Below the pieces are notes generated by a model. It did not search any database, was not told where the DNA came from, and saw only the letters and a program-made list of their open reading frames with translations. From positions 20,606,101-20,670,100 of the forward strand of contig NC_092677.1 in NCBI RefSeq assembly GCF_964355755.1: a stretch of DNA of 64,000 nucleotides, given 5' to 3'. This stretch comes from Antedon mediterranea (Eukaryota > Animalia > Echinodermata). Each line of letters opens with the position of its first letter. Within the stretch, counting starts at the first letter, position 1. Positions 14,601-26,900 of the stretch are shown in pieces. Position numbers and translations under genes: made by a program.

Positions 14601-17600
14601 CAAAGTGTACAGAATAGTTTCAAATCGCATTAGAAACCGTTTTAGACCATTTTGAGCATTTCGAAAAAAACTTTTTCACACAAAACATCAAAGTTTACAA
14701 AATAGCTTCAAATCGCATTTGGAGACGTTTTAGACCATTTTGTGATTTTCGAAAAAACTTGTTAACATAAAAACACCAAAGTGCTCAGAATACCTTCAAA
14801 TCGCATTTTGAGACGTTTTAGACCATTTTGTGATTTTCGAAAAAACTTGTTAACATAAAAATACCAAAGTGCTCAGAATACCTTCAAATCGTGTTTTGAG
14901 ACGTTTTAGACCATTTTGTGATTTTCGAAAAAACTTGTTAACATAAAAACACCAAAGTGCTCAGAATACCTTCAAATTGCATTTGGAGACGTTTTAGACC
15001 ATTTTGTGATTTTCGAAAAAACTTGTTAACATAAAAACACCAAAGTGCTCAGAATACCTTCAAATCGCATTTGGAGACGTTTTAGACCATTTTGTGATTT
15101 TCGAAAAAACTTGTTAACATAAAAACACCAAAGTGCTCAGAAAAGCTTCAAATCGCAATTGGAGACGTTTTAAACCATTTTGTTCATTTCGATGAAACTT
15201 GGTTACACAAAAACATCAAATTGCACAAAATGGCTTAATATGGTATGGGAAAACGTTTTAGACCATTTTGAACATTTCGAGAAAACTTTTTCACACAAAA
15301 CTTCAAAGTGTACAGAATAGCTTCAAATCGCATTAGAAACCGTTTTAGACCATTTTGAGCATTTCGAAAAAAACTTTTTCACACAAAACATCAAAGTTTA
15401 CAAAATAGCTTCAAATCGCATTTGGAGACGTTTTAGACCATTTTGTGATTTTCGAAAAAAACTTGTTAACATAAAAACACCAAAGTGCTCAGAATACCTT
15501 CAAATCGCATTTTAAGACGTTTTAGACCATTTTGTGATTTTCGAAAAAACTTGTTAACATAAAAATACCAAAGTGCTCAGAATACCTTCAAATCGTGTTT
15601 TGAGACGTTTTAGACCATTTTGTGATTTTCGAAAAAACTTGTTAACATAAAAACACCAAAGTGCTCAGAATACCTTCAAATCGCATTTGGAGACGTTTTA
15701 GACCATTTTGTGATTTTCGAAAAAACTTGTTAACATAAAAACACCAAAGTGCTCAGAAAAGCTTCAAATCGCATTTGGAGACGTTTTAAACCATTTTGTT
15801 CATTTCGATGAAACTTGGTTACACAAAAACATCAAAGAGCACAAAAGTATTTAAAAACGTTTTAGACCATTTTGAGCATTCCGACAAAACTTTTTCACAC
15901 AAAACATCAAAGTGCTCAGAATACCTTCAAATCGCATTTGGAGACGTTTTAGACCATTTTGTGATTTTCGAAAAAACTTGTTAACATAAAAACACCAAAG
16001 TGCTCAGAATACCTTCAAATCGCATTTGGAGACGTTTTAGACCATTTTGTGATTTTCGAAAAAACTTGTTAACATAAAAACACCAAAGTGCTCAGAAAAG
16101 CTTCAAATCGCAATTGGAGAGGTTTTAAACCATTTTGTTCATTTCGATGAAACTTGGTTACACAAAAACATCAAATTGCACAAAATGGCTTAATATGGTA
16201 TGGGAAAACGTTTTAGACCATTTTGAACATTTCGAGAAAACTTTTTCACACAAAACTTCAAAGTGTACAGAATAGCTTCAAATCGCATTAGAAACCGTTT
16301 TAGACCATTTTGAGCATTTCGAAAAAAACTTTTTCACACAAAACATCAAAGTTTACAAAATAGCTTCAAATCGCATTTGGAGACGTTTTAGACCATTTTG
16401 TGATTTTCGAAAAAAACTTGTTAACATAAAAACACCAAAGTGCTCAGAATACCTTCAAATCGCATTTTGAGACGTTTTAGACCATTTTGTGATTTTCGAA
16501 AAAACTTGTTAACATAAAAATACCAAAGTGCTCAGAATACCTTCAAATCGCATTTGGAGACGTTTTAGACCATTTTGTGATTTTCGAAAAAACTTGTTAA
16601 CATAAAAACACCAAAGTGCTCAGAAAAGCTTCAAATCGCAATTGGAGACGTTTTAAACCATTTTGTTCATTTCGATGAAACTTGGTTACACAAAAACATC
16701 AAATTGCACAAAATGGCTTAATATGGTATGGGAAAACGTTTTAGACCATTTTGAACATTTCGAGAAAACTTTTTCACACAAAACTTCAAAGTGTACAGAA
16801 TAGCTTCAAATCGCATTAGAAACCGTTTTAGACCATTTTGAGCATTTCGAAAAAAACTTTTTCACACAAAACATCAAAGTTTACAAAATAGCTTCAAATC
16901 GCATTTGGAGACGTTTTAGACCATTTTGTGATTTTCGAAAAAAACTTGTTAACATAAAAACACCAAAGTGCTCAGAATACCTTCAAATCGCATTTTGAGA
17001 CGTTTTAGACCATTTTGTGATTTTCGAAAAAACTTGTTAACATAAAAATACCAAAGTGCTCAGAATACCTTCAAATCGTGTTTTGAGACGTTTTAGACCA
17101 TTTTGTGATTTACGAAAAAACTTGTTAACATAAAAACACCAAAGTGCTCAGAATACCTTCAAATCGCATTTGGAGACGTTTTAGACCATTTTGTGATTTT
17201 CGAAAAAACTTGTTAACATAAAAACACCAAACACCAATAAAAACATCAAATGCGATTTGAAAAGCTTCAAATCGCATTTGGAGACGTTTTAAACCATTTT
17301 GTTCATTTCGATGAAACTTGGTTACACAAAAACATCAAAGAGCACAAAAGTATTTAAAAACGTTTTAGACCATTTTGAGCATTCCGACAAAACTTTTTCA
17401 CACAAAACATCAAAGTGTACAGAATAGCTTTAAATCGCATTTGGAGACGTTTTAGACCATTTTGTAGTTTTCGAAAAAACTTGTTAACATAAAAACACAA
17501 AAGAGCTTCAAATCGCATTTGGAGACGTTTTAGACCCTTTTGTGCATTTCGATGAAACTAGGTTACACAAAAACATCAAAGTGCTTAAAATCACATTAGA

Positions 17601-20600
17601 AACCGTTTTAGACCATTTTGAGCATTTCGTTAAAACTTTTCACACGAAAACATCAAAGTCCACAAAATAGCTTAATATCGTATTCAAAAACGTTTTAGAC
17701 CATTTTGAGCATTTCGAAAAAACTTTTTCACACAAAACATCAAAGTTTACAAAATAGCTTCAAATCGCATTTGGAGACGTTTTAGACCATTTTGTGATTT
17801 TCGAAAAAACTTGTTAACATAAAAACACCAAAGTGCTCAGAATACCTTCAAATCGCATTTTGAGACGTTTTAGACCATTTTGTGATTTTCAAAAAAACAA
17901 CATAAAAACACCAAAGTGCTCAGAATACCTTCAAATCGCATTTGGAGACGTTTTAGACCATTTTGTGATTTTGGAAAAAACTTGTTAACATAAAAACACC
18001 AAAGTGCTCAGAATACCTTCAAATCGTATTTTGAGACGTTTTAGACAATTTTGTGATTTTCGAAAAAACTTGTTAACATAAAAACACCAAAGTGCTTAGA
18101 AAAGCTTCAAATCGCATTTGGAGACGTTTTAGACCATTTTGTGCATTTCGATGAAACTTGGTTACACAAAAACATCAAAGTGTACAGAATAGCTTCAAAT
18201 CGCATTAGAAACCGTTTTAGACCATTTTGAGCATTTCGAAAAAACTTTTTCACACAAAACATCAAAGTGTACAAAATAGCTTCAAATCGCATTTGGAGAC
18301 GTTTTAGACAATTTTGTGATTTTCGAAAAAACTTGTTTACATAAAAACACCAAAGTGCTCAGAATAGCTTCCAATCGCATTTGGAGACGTTTTAGACCCT
18401 TTTGTGCATTTCGATGAAACTTGGTTACACAAAAACATCAAAGTGCTTAAAATCACAGTAGAAACCGTTTTAGACCATTTTGAGCATTTCGTTAAAATTT
18501 TTCACAGAAAAACATCAAAGAGCAAAAAATAGCTTAATATCGTATTTAAAAACGTTTTAGACCATTTTGAGCATTTCGACAAAACTTTTTCACACAAAAC
18601 ATCAAAGTATACAGATAAGCTTCAAATCGCATTTGGAGACGTTTTAAACCATTTTGAGCATTTCGATAAAATTTTACACACAAAAACATCAAAGTGCACA
18701 AAATAGCTTTATATGGTATTTAAAAACGTTTTAGACCATTTTGAGCATTTCAACAAAACTTTTTCTCACAAAACATCAAAGTGTACAGAATAGCTTCAAA
18801 TCGCATTTGGAGACGTTTTAGACCATTTTGTGCATTTCGATGAAACTTGGTTACACAAAAACATCAAAGTGCTTAAAATCACATTTTGAGCATTTCGTTA
18901 AAACTTTTCACACAAAAACATCAAAGTCCACAAAATAGCTTAATATCGTATTTAAAAACGTTTTAGACCATTTTGAGCATTTTCGAAAAAACTTGTTAAC
19001 ATAAAAACACCAAAGTGCTCAGAATACCTTCAAATCGTGTTTTGAGACGTTTTAGACCGTTTTGTAATTTTCGAAAAAACTTGTTAACATAAAAACACCA
19101 AAGTGCTCAGAATACCTTCACATCGCATTTTGAGACGTTTTAGACCATTTTGTGATTTTCGAAAAAACTTGTTAACATAAAAACACCAAAGTGCTTAGAA
19201 AAGCTTGAAATCGCATTTGGAGACGTTTTAGACCATTTTGTGCATTTCGATGAAACTTGGTTAAAGTGCTTAAAATCACATTTTGAGCATTTCGTTAAAA
19301 CTTTTCACACAAAAACATCAAAGAGTAAAAAATAGCTTAATATCGTATTTAAAAACGTTTTAGACCATTTTGAGCATTTCGACAAAATTTTTTCACACAA
19401 AACATCAAAGTGTACAGAATAGCTTTAAATCGCATATGGAGACGTTTTAGACCATTTTGTTCATTTCGATGAAACAAAAACACAAAAACATCAAATTGCA
19501 CAAAATGGCTTAATATGATATGGGAAAACGTTTTAGACCATTTTGAACATTTCGTTAAAAGTTTTCACAAAAAAACATCAAAGTCCACAAAATAGCTTAA
19601 TATCGTATTTAAAAACGTTTTAGACCATTTTGAGCATTTCGAAAAAACTTTTTCACACAAAACATCAAAGTTTACAAAATAGCTTCAAATCGCATTTGGA
19701 GACGTTTTAGACCATTTTGTGATTTTCGAAAAAACTTGTTAACATAAAAACACCAAAGTGCTCAGAATACCTTCAAATCGCATTTTGAGACGTTTTAGAC
19801 CATTTTGTGATTTACGAAACAACTTGTTAACATAAAAACACCAAAGTGCTCAGAATACCTTCAAATCGTGTTTTGAAACGTTTTAGACCATTTTGTGATT
19901 TTGGAAAAACTTGTTAACATAAAAACACCAAAGTGCTCAGAATACCTTCAAATCGCATTTGGAGACGTTTTAGACCATTTTGTGATTTTCGAAAAAACTT
20001 GTTAACATAAAAACACCAAAGTGCTCAGAAAAGCTTCAAATCGCAATTGGAGACGTTTTAAACCATTTTGTTCATTTCGATGAAACTTGGTTACACAAAA
20101 ACATCAAATTGCACAAAATGGCTTAATATGGTATGGGAAAACGTTTTAGACCATTTTGAACATTTCGAGAAAACTTTTTCACACAAAACTTCAAAGTGTA
20201 CAGAATAGTTTCAAATCGCATTAGAAACCGTTTTAGACCATTTTGAGCATTTCGAAAAAAACTTTTTCACACAAAACATCAAAGTTTACAAAATAGCTTC
20301 AAATCGCATTTGGAGACGTTTTAGACCATTTTGTGATTTTCGAAAAAACTTGTTTACATAAAAACACCAAAGTGCTCAGAATACCTTCAAATCGCATTTT
20401 GAGACGTTTTAGACCATTTTGTGATTTTCGAAAAAACTTGTTAACATAAAAATACCAAAGTGCTCAGAATACCTTCAAATCGTGTTTTGAGACGTTTTAG
20501 ACCATTTTGTGATTTTCGAAAAAACTTGTTAACATAAAAACACCAAAGTGCTCAGAATACCTTCAAATCGCATTTGGAGACGTTTTAGACCATTTTGTGA

Positions 20601-21500
20601 TTTTCGAAAAAACTTGTTAACATAAAAACACCAAAGTGCTCAGAATACCTTCAAATCGCATTTGGAGACGTTTTAGACCATTTTGTGATTTTCGAAAAAA
20701 CTTGTTAACATAAAAACACCAAAGTGCTCAGAAAAGCTTCAAATCGCAATTGGAGACGTTTTAAACCATTTTGTTCATTTCGATGAAACTTGGTTACACA
20801 AAAACATCAAATTGCACAAAATGGCTTAATATGGTATGGGAAAACGTTTTAGACCATTTTGAACATTTCGAGAAAACTTTTTCAAACAAAACTTCAAAGT
20901 GTACAGAATAGCTTCAAATCGCACTAGAAACCGTTTTAGACCATTTTGAGCATTTCGAAAAAAACTTTTTCACACAAAACATCAAAGTTTACAAAATAGC
21001 TTCAAATCGCATTTGGAGACGTTTTAGACCATTTTGTGATTTTCGAAAAAAACTTGTTAACATAAAAACACCAAAGTGCTCAGAATACCTTCAAATCGCA
21101 TTTTGAGACGTTTTAGACCATTTTGTGATTTTCGAAAAAACTTGTTAACATAAAAATACCAAAGTGCTCAGAATACCTTCAAATCGTGTTTTGAGACGTT
21201 TTAGACCATTTTGTGATTTTCGAAAAAACTTGTTAACATAAAAACACCAAAGTGCTCAGAATACCTTCAAATCGCATTTGGAGACGTTTTAGACCATTTT
21301 GTGATTTTCGAAAAAACTTGTTAACATAAAAACACCAAAGTGCTCAGAAAAGCTTCAAATCGCATTTGGAGACGTTTTAAACCATTTTGTTCATTTCGAT
21401 GAAACTTGGTTACACAAAAACATCAAAGAGCACAAAAGTATTTAAAAACGTTTTAGACCATTTTGAGCATTCCGACAAAACTTTTTCACACAAAACATCA
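11650..21500 (+). repeat. Segmental duplication, offset 5591 bp (~11.65-15.9 kb vs ~17.25-21.5 kb)
   Basis: AAACTAGG variant at 11969/17560, ORF-track markers 12516/18107, 13-bp deletion at 13670/19261, CAATTG at 14453/20044 and 15156/20747, all 5591 apart. Confidence 0.92.
17247..17280. other. Perfect inverted repeat (15-bp arms, 4-nt loop) created by a templated insertion
   Basis: CAAATGCGATTTGAA (17247-17261) - AAGC - TTCAAATCGCATTTG (17266-17280); the arms are exact reverse complements. It is the only reverse-orientation satellite fragment I noticed. Confidence 0.95.
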
Positions 21501-24500
21501 AAGTGTACAGAATAGCTTTAAATCGCATTTGGAGACGTTTTAGACCATTTTGTAGTTTTCGAAAAAACTTGTTAACATAAAAACACAAAAGAGCTTCAAA
21601 TCGCATTTGGAGACGTTTTAGACCCTTTTGTGCATTTCGATGAAACTTGGTTACACAAAAACATCAAAGTGCTTAAAATCACATTAGAAACCGTTTTAGA
21701 CCATTTTGAGCATTTCGTTAAAACTTTTCACACAAAAACATCAAAGTCCACAAAATAGCTTAATATCGTTTTCAAAAACGTTTTAGACCATTTTGAGCAT
21801 TTCGAAAAAACTTTTTCACACAAAACATCAAAGTTTACAAAATAGCTTCAAATCGCATTTGGAGACGTTTTAGACCATTTTGTGATTTTCGAAAAAACTT
21901 GTTAACATAAAAACACCAAAGTGCTCAGAATACCTTCAAATCGTATTTTGAGACGTTTTAGACAATTTTGTGATTTTCGAAAAAACTTGTTAACATAAAA
22001 ACACCAAAGTGCTTAGAAAAGCTTCAAATCGCATTTGGAGACGTTTTAGACCATTTTGTGCATTTCGATGAAACTTGGTTACACAAAAACATCAAAGTGT
22101 TTAAAATCACATTTTGAGCATTTCGTTAAAACTTTTCACACAAAAACATCAAAGAGCAAAAAATAGCTTAATATCGTATTTAAAAACGTTTTAGACAATT
22201 TTGAGCATTTCGACAAAACTTTTTCACACAAAACATCAAAGTGTACAAAATAGCTTCAAATCGCATTTGGAGACGTTTTAGACCATTTTGTGATTTTCGA
22301 AAAAACAACATAAAAACACCAAAGTGCTCAGAATACCTTCAAATCGCATTTGGAGACGTTTTAGACCATTTTGTGATTTTGGAAAAAACTTGTTAACATA
22401 AAAACACCAAAGTGCTCAGAATACCTTCAAATCGTATTTTGAGACGTTTTAGACAATTTTGTGATTTTCGAAAAAACTTGTTAACATAAAAACACCAAAG
22501 TGCTTAGAAAAGCTTCAAATCGCATTTGGAGACGTTTTAGACCATTTTGTGCATTTTGATGAAACTTGGTTACACAAAAACATCAAAGTGTACAGAATAG
22601 CTTCAAATCGCATTAGAAACCGTTTTAGACCATTTTGAGCATTTCGAAAAAACTTTTTCACACAAAACATCAAAGTGTACAAAATAGCTTCAAATCGCAT
22701 TTGGAGACGTTTTAGACAATTTTGTGATTTTCGAAAAAACTTGTTTACATAAAAACACCAAAGTGCTCAGAATAGCTTCCAATCGCATTTGGAGACGTTT
22801 TAGACCCTTTTGTGCATTTCGATGAAACTTGGTTACACAAAAACATCAAAGTGCTTAAAATCACAGTAGAAACCGTTTTAGACCATTTTGAGCATTTTGT
22901 TAAAATTTTTCACAGAAAAACATCAAAGAGCAAAAAATAGCTTAATATCGTATTTAAAAACGTTTTAGACCATTTTGAGCATTTCGACAAAACTTTTTCA
23001 CACAAAACATCAAAGTGTACAGATAAGCTTCAAATCGCATTTGGAGACGTTTTAAACCATTTTGAGCATTTCGATAAAATTTTACACACAAAAACATCAA
23101 AGTGCACAAAATAGCTTAATATGGTATTTAAAAACGTTTTAGACCATTTTGAGCATTTCAACAAAACTTTTTCTCACAAAACATCAAAGTGTACAGAATA
23201 GCTTCAAATCGCATTTGGAGACGTTTTAGACCATTTTGTGCATTTCGATGAAACTTGGTTACACAAAAACATCAAAGTGCTTAAAATCACATTTTGAGCA
23301 TTTCGTTAAAACTTTTCACACAAAAACATCAAAGTCCACAAAATAGCTTAATATCGTATTTAAAAACGTTTTAGACCATTTTGACCATTTCGAAAAAACT
23401 TTTTCACACAAAACATCAAAGTTTACAAAATAGCTTCAAATCGCATTTGGAGACGTTTTAGACCATTTTGTGATTTTCGAAAAAACTTGTTAACATAAAA
23501 ACACCAAAGTGCTCAGAATACCTTCAAATCGCATTTGGAGACGTTTTAGACCATTTTGTGATTTTCGAAAAAACTTGTTAACATAAAAACACCAAAGTGC
23601 TTAGAAAAGCTTCAAATCGCATTTGGAGACGTTTTAGACCATTTTGTGCATTTCGATGAAACTTGGTTACACAAAAACATCAAAGTGTTTAAAATCACAT
23701 TTTGAGCATTTCGTTAAAACTTTTCACACAAAAACATCAAAGAGCAAAAAATAGCTTAATATCGTATTTAAAAACGTTTTAGACCATTTTGAGCATTTCG
23801 ACAAAACTTTTTCACACAAAACATCAAAGTGTACAAAATAGCTTCAAATCGCATTTGGAGACGTTTTAGACCATTTTGTGATTTTCGAAAAAACAACATA
23901 AAAACACCAAAGTGCTCAGAATACCTTCAAATCGCATTTGGAGACGTTTTAGACCATTTTGTGATTTTGGAAAAAACTTGTTAACATAAAAACACCAAAG
24001 TGCTCAGAATACCTTCAAATCGTGTTTTGAGACGTTTTAGACCATTTTGTGATTTTCGAAAAAACTTGTTAACATAAAAACACCAAAGTGCTCAGAATAC
24101 CTTCAAATCGCATTTGGAGACGTTTTAGACCATTTTGTGATTTTCGAAAAAACTTGTTAACATAAAAACACCAAAGTGCTCAGAAAAGCTTCAAATCGCA
24201 TTTGGAGACGTTTTAAACCATTTTGTTCATTTCGATGAAACTTGGTTACACAAAAACATCAAAGAGCACAAAAGTATTTAAAAACGTTTTAGACCATTTT
24301 GAGCATTCCGACAAAACTTTTTCACACAAAACATCAAAGTGTACAGAATAGCTTTAAATCGCATTTGGAGACGTTTTAGACCATTTTGTAGTTTTCGAAA
24401 AAACTTGTTAACATAAAAACACAAAAGAGCTTCAAATCGCATTTGGAGACGTTTTAGACCCTTTTGTGCATTTCGATGAAACTTGGTTACACAAAAACAT

Positions 24501-26900
24501 CAAAGTGCTTAAAATCACATTAGAAACCGTTTTAGACCATTTTGAGCATTTCGTTAAAACTTTTCACACAAAAACATCAAAGTCCACAAAATAGCTTAAT
24601 ATCGTTTTCAAAAACGTTTTAGACCATTTTGAGCATTTCGAAAAAACTTTTTCACACAAAACATCAAAGTTTACAAAATAGCTTCAAATCGCATTTGGAG
24701 ACGTTTTAGACCATTTTGTGATTTTCGAAAAAACTTGTTAACATAAAAACACCAAAGTGCTCAGAATACCTTCAAATCGTATTTTGAGACGTTTTAGACA
24801 ATTTTGTGATTTTCGAAAAAACTTGTTAACATAAAAACACCAAAGTGCTTAGAAAAGCTTCAAATCGCATTTGGAGACGTTTTAGACCATTTTGTGCATT
24901 TCGATGAAACTTGGTTACACAAAAACATCAAAGTGTTTAAAATCACATTTTGAGCATTTCGTTAAAACTTTTCACACAAAAACATCAAAGAGCAAAAAAT
25001 AGCTTAATATCGTATTTAAAAACGTTTTAGACCATTTTGAGCATTTCGACAAAACTTTTTCACACAAAACATCAAAGTGTACAAAATAGCTTCAAATCGC
25101 ATTTGGAGACGTTTTAGACCATTTTGTGATTTTCGAAAAAACAACATAAAAACACCAAAGTGCTCAGAATACCTTCAAATCGCATTTGGAGACGTTTTAG
25201 ACCATTTTGTGATTTTGGAAAAAACTTGTTAACATAAAAACACCAAAGTGCTCAGAATACCTTCAAATCGTATTTTGAGACGTTTTAGACAATTTTGTGA
25301 TTTTCGAAAAAACTTGTTAACATAAAAACACCAAAGTGCTTAGAAAAGCTTCAAATCGCATTTGGAGACGTTTTAGACCATTTTGTGCATTTTGATGAAA
25401 CTTGGTTACACAAAAACATCAAAGTGTACAGAATAGCTTCAAATCGCATTAGAAACCGTTTTAGACCATTTTGAGCATTTCGAAAAAACTTTTTCACACA
25501 AAACATCAAAGTGTACAAAATAGCTTCAAATCGCATTTGGAGACGTTTTAGACAATTTTGTGATTTTCGAAAAAACTTGTTTACATAAAAACACCAAAGT
25601 GCTCAGAATAGCTTCCAATCGCATTTGGAGACGTTTTAGACCCTTTTGTGCATTTCGATGAAACTTGGTTACACAAAAACATCAAAGTGCTTAAAATCAC
25701 AGTAGAAACCGTTTTAGACCATTTTGAGCATTTTGTTAAAATTTTTCACAGAAAAACATCAAAGAGCAAAAAATAGCTTAATATCGTATTTAAAAACGTT
25801 TTAGACCATTTTGAGCATTTCGACAAAACTTTTTCACACAAAACATCAAAGTGTACAGATAAGCTTCAAATCGCATTTGGAGACGTTTTAAACCATTTTG
25901 AGCATTTCGATAAAATTTTACACACAAAAACATCAAAGTGCACAAAATAGCTTAATATGGTATTTAAAAACGTTTTAGACCATTTTGAGCATTTCAACAA
26001 AACTTTTTCTCACAAAACATCAAAGTGTACAGAATAGCTTCAAATCGCATTTGGAGACGTTTTAGACCATTTTGTGCATTTCGATGAAACTTGGTTACAC
26101 AAAAACATCAAAGTGCTTAAAATCACATTTTGAGCATTTCGTTAAAACTTTTCACACAAAAACATCAAAGTCCACAAAATAGCTTAATATCGTATTTAAA
26201 AACGTTTTAGACCATTTTGAGCATTTCGAAAAAACTTTTTCACACAAAACATCAAAGTTTACAAAATAGCTTCAAATCGCATTTGGAGACGTTTTAGACC
26301 ATTTTGTGATTTTCGAAAAAACTTGTTAACATAAAAACACCAAAGTGCTCAGAATACCTTCAAATCGCATTTGGAGACGTTTTAGACCATTTTGTGATTT
26401 TCGAAAAAACTTGTTAACATAAAAACACCAAAGTGCTTAGAAAAGCTTCAAATCGCATTTGGAGACGTTTTAGACCATTTTGTGCATTTCGATGAAACTT
26501 GGTTACACAAAAACATCAAAGTGTTTAAAATCACATTTTGAGCATTTCGTTAAAACTTTTCACACAAAAACATCAAAGAGCAAAAAATAGCTTAATATCG
26601 TATTTAAAAACGTTTTAGACCATTTTGAGCATTTCGACAAAACTTTTTCACACAAAACATCAAAGTGTACAAAATAGCTTCAAATCGCATTTGGAGACGT
26701 TTTAGACCATTTTGTGATTTTCGAAAAAACAACATAAAAACACCAAAGTGCTCAGAATACCTTCAAATCGCATTTGGAGACGTTTTAGACCATTTTGTGA
26801 TTTTGGAAAAAACTTGTTAACATAAAAACACCAAAGTGCTCAGAATACCTTCAAATCGTATTTTGAGACGTTTTAGACAATTTTGTGATTTTCGAAAAAA
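21200..26900 (+). repeat. Direct tandem duplication of a 2836-bp higher-order unit
   Basis: ATCGTTTTCAAAAACG at 21765/24601, ORF markers 22515/25351, and shared GCATTTTGATG and GCATTTTGTTAA variants at the same offset. Confidence 0.9.

Noticed and set aside
17247-17280. Hairpin as rho-independent terminator or transposon TIR/footprint
   Set aside because: No upstream gene, no U-tract and no clear target-site duplication. Both arms are satellite-derived.
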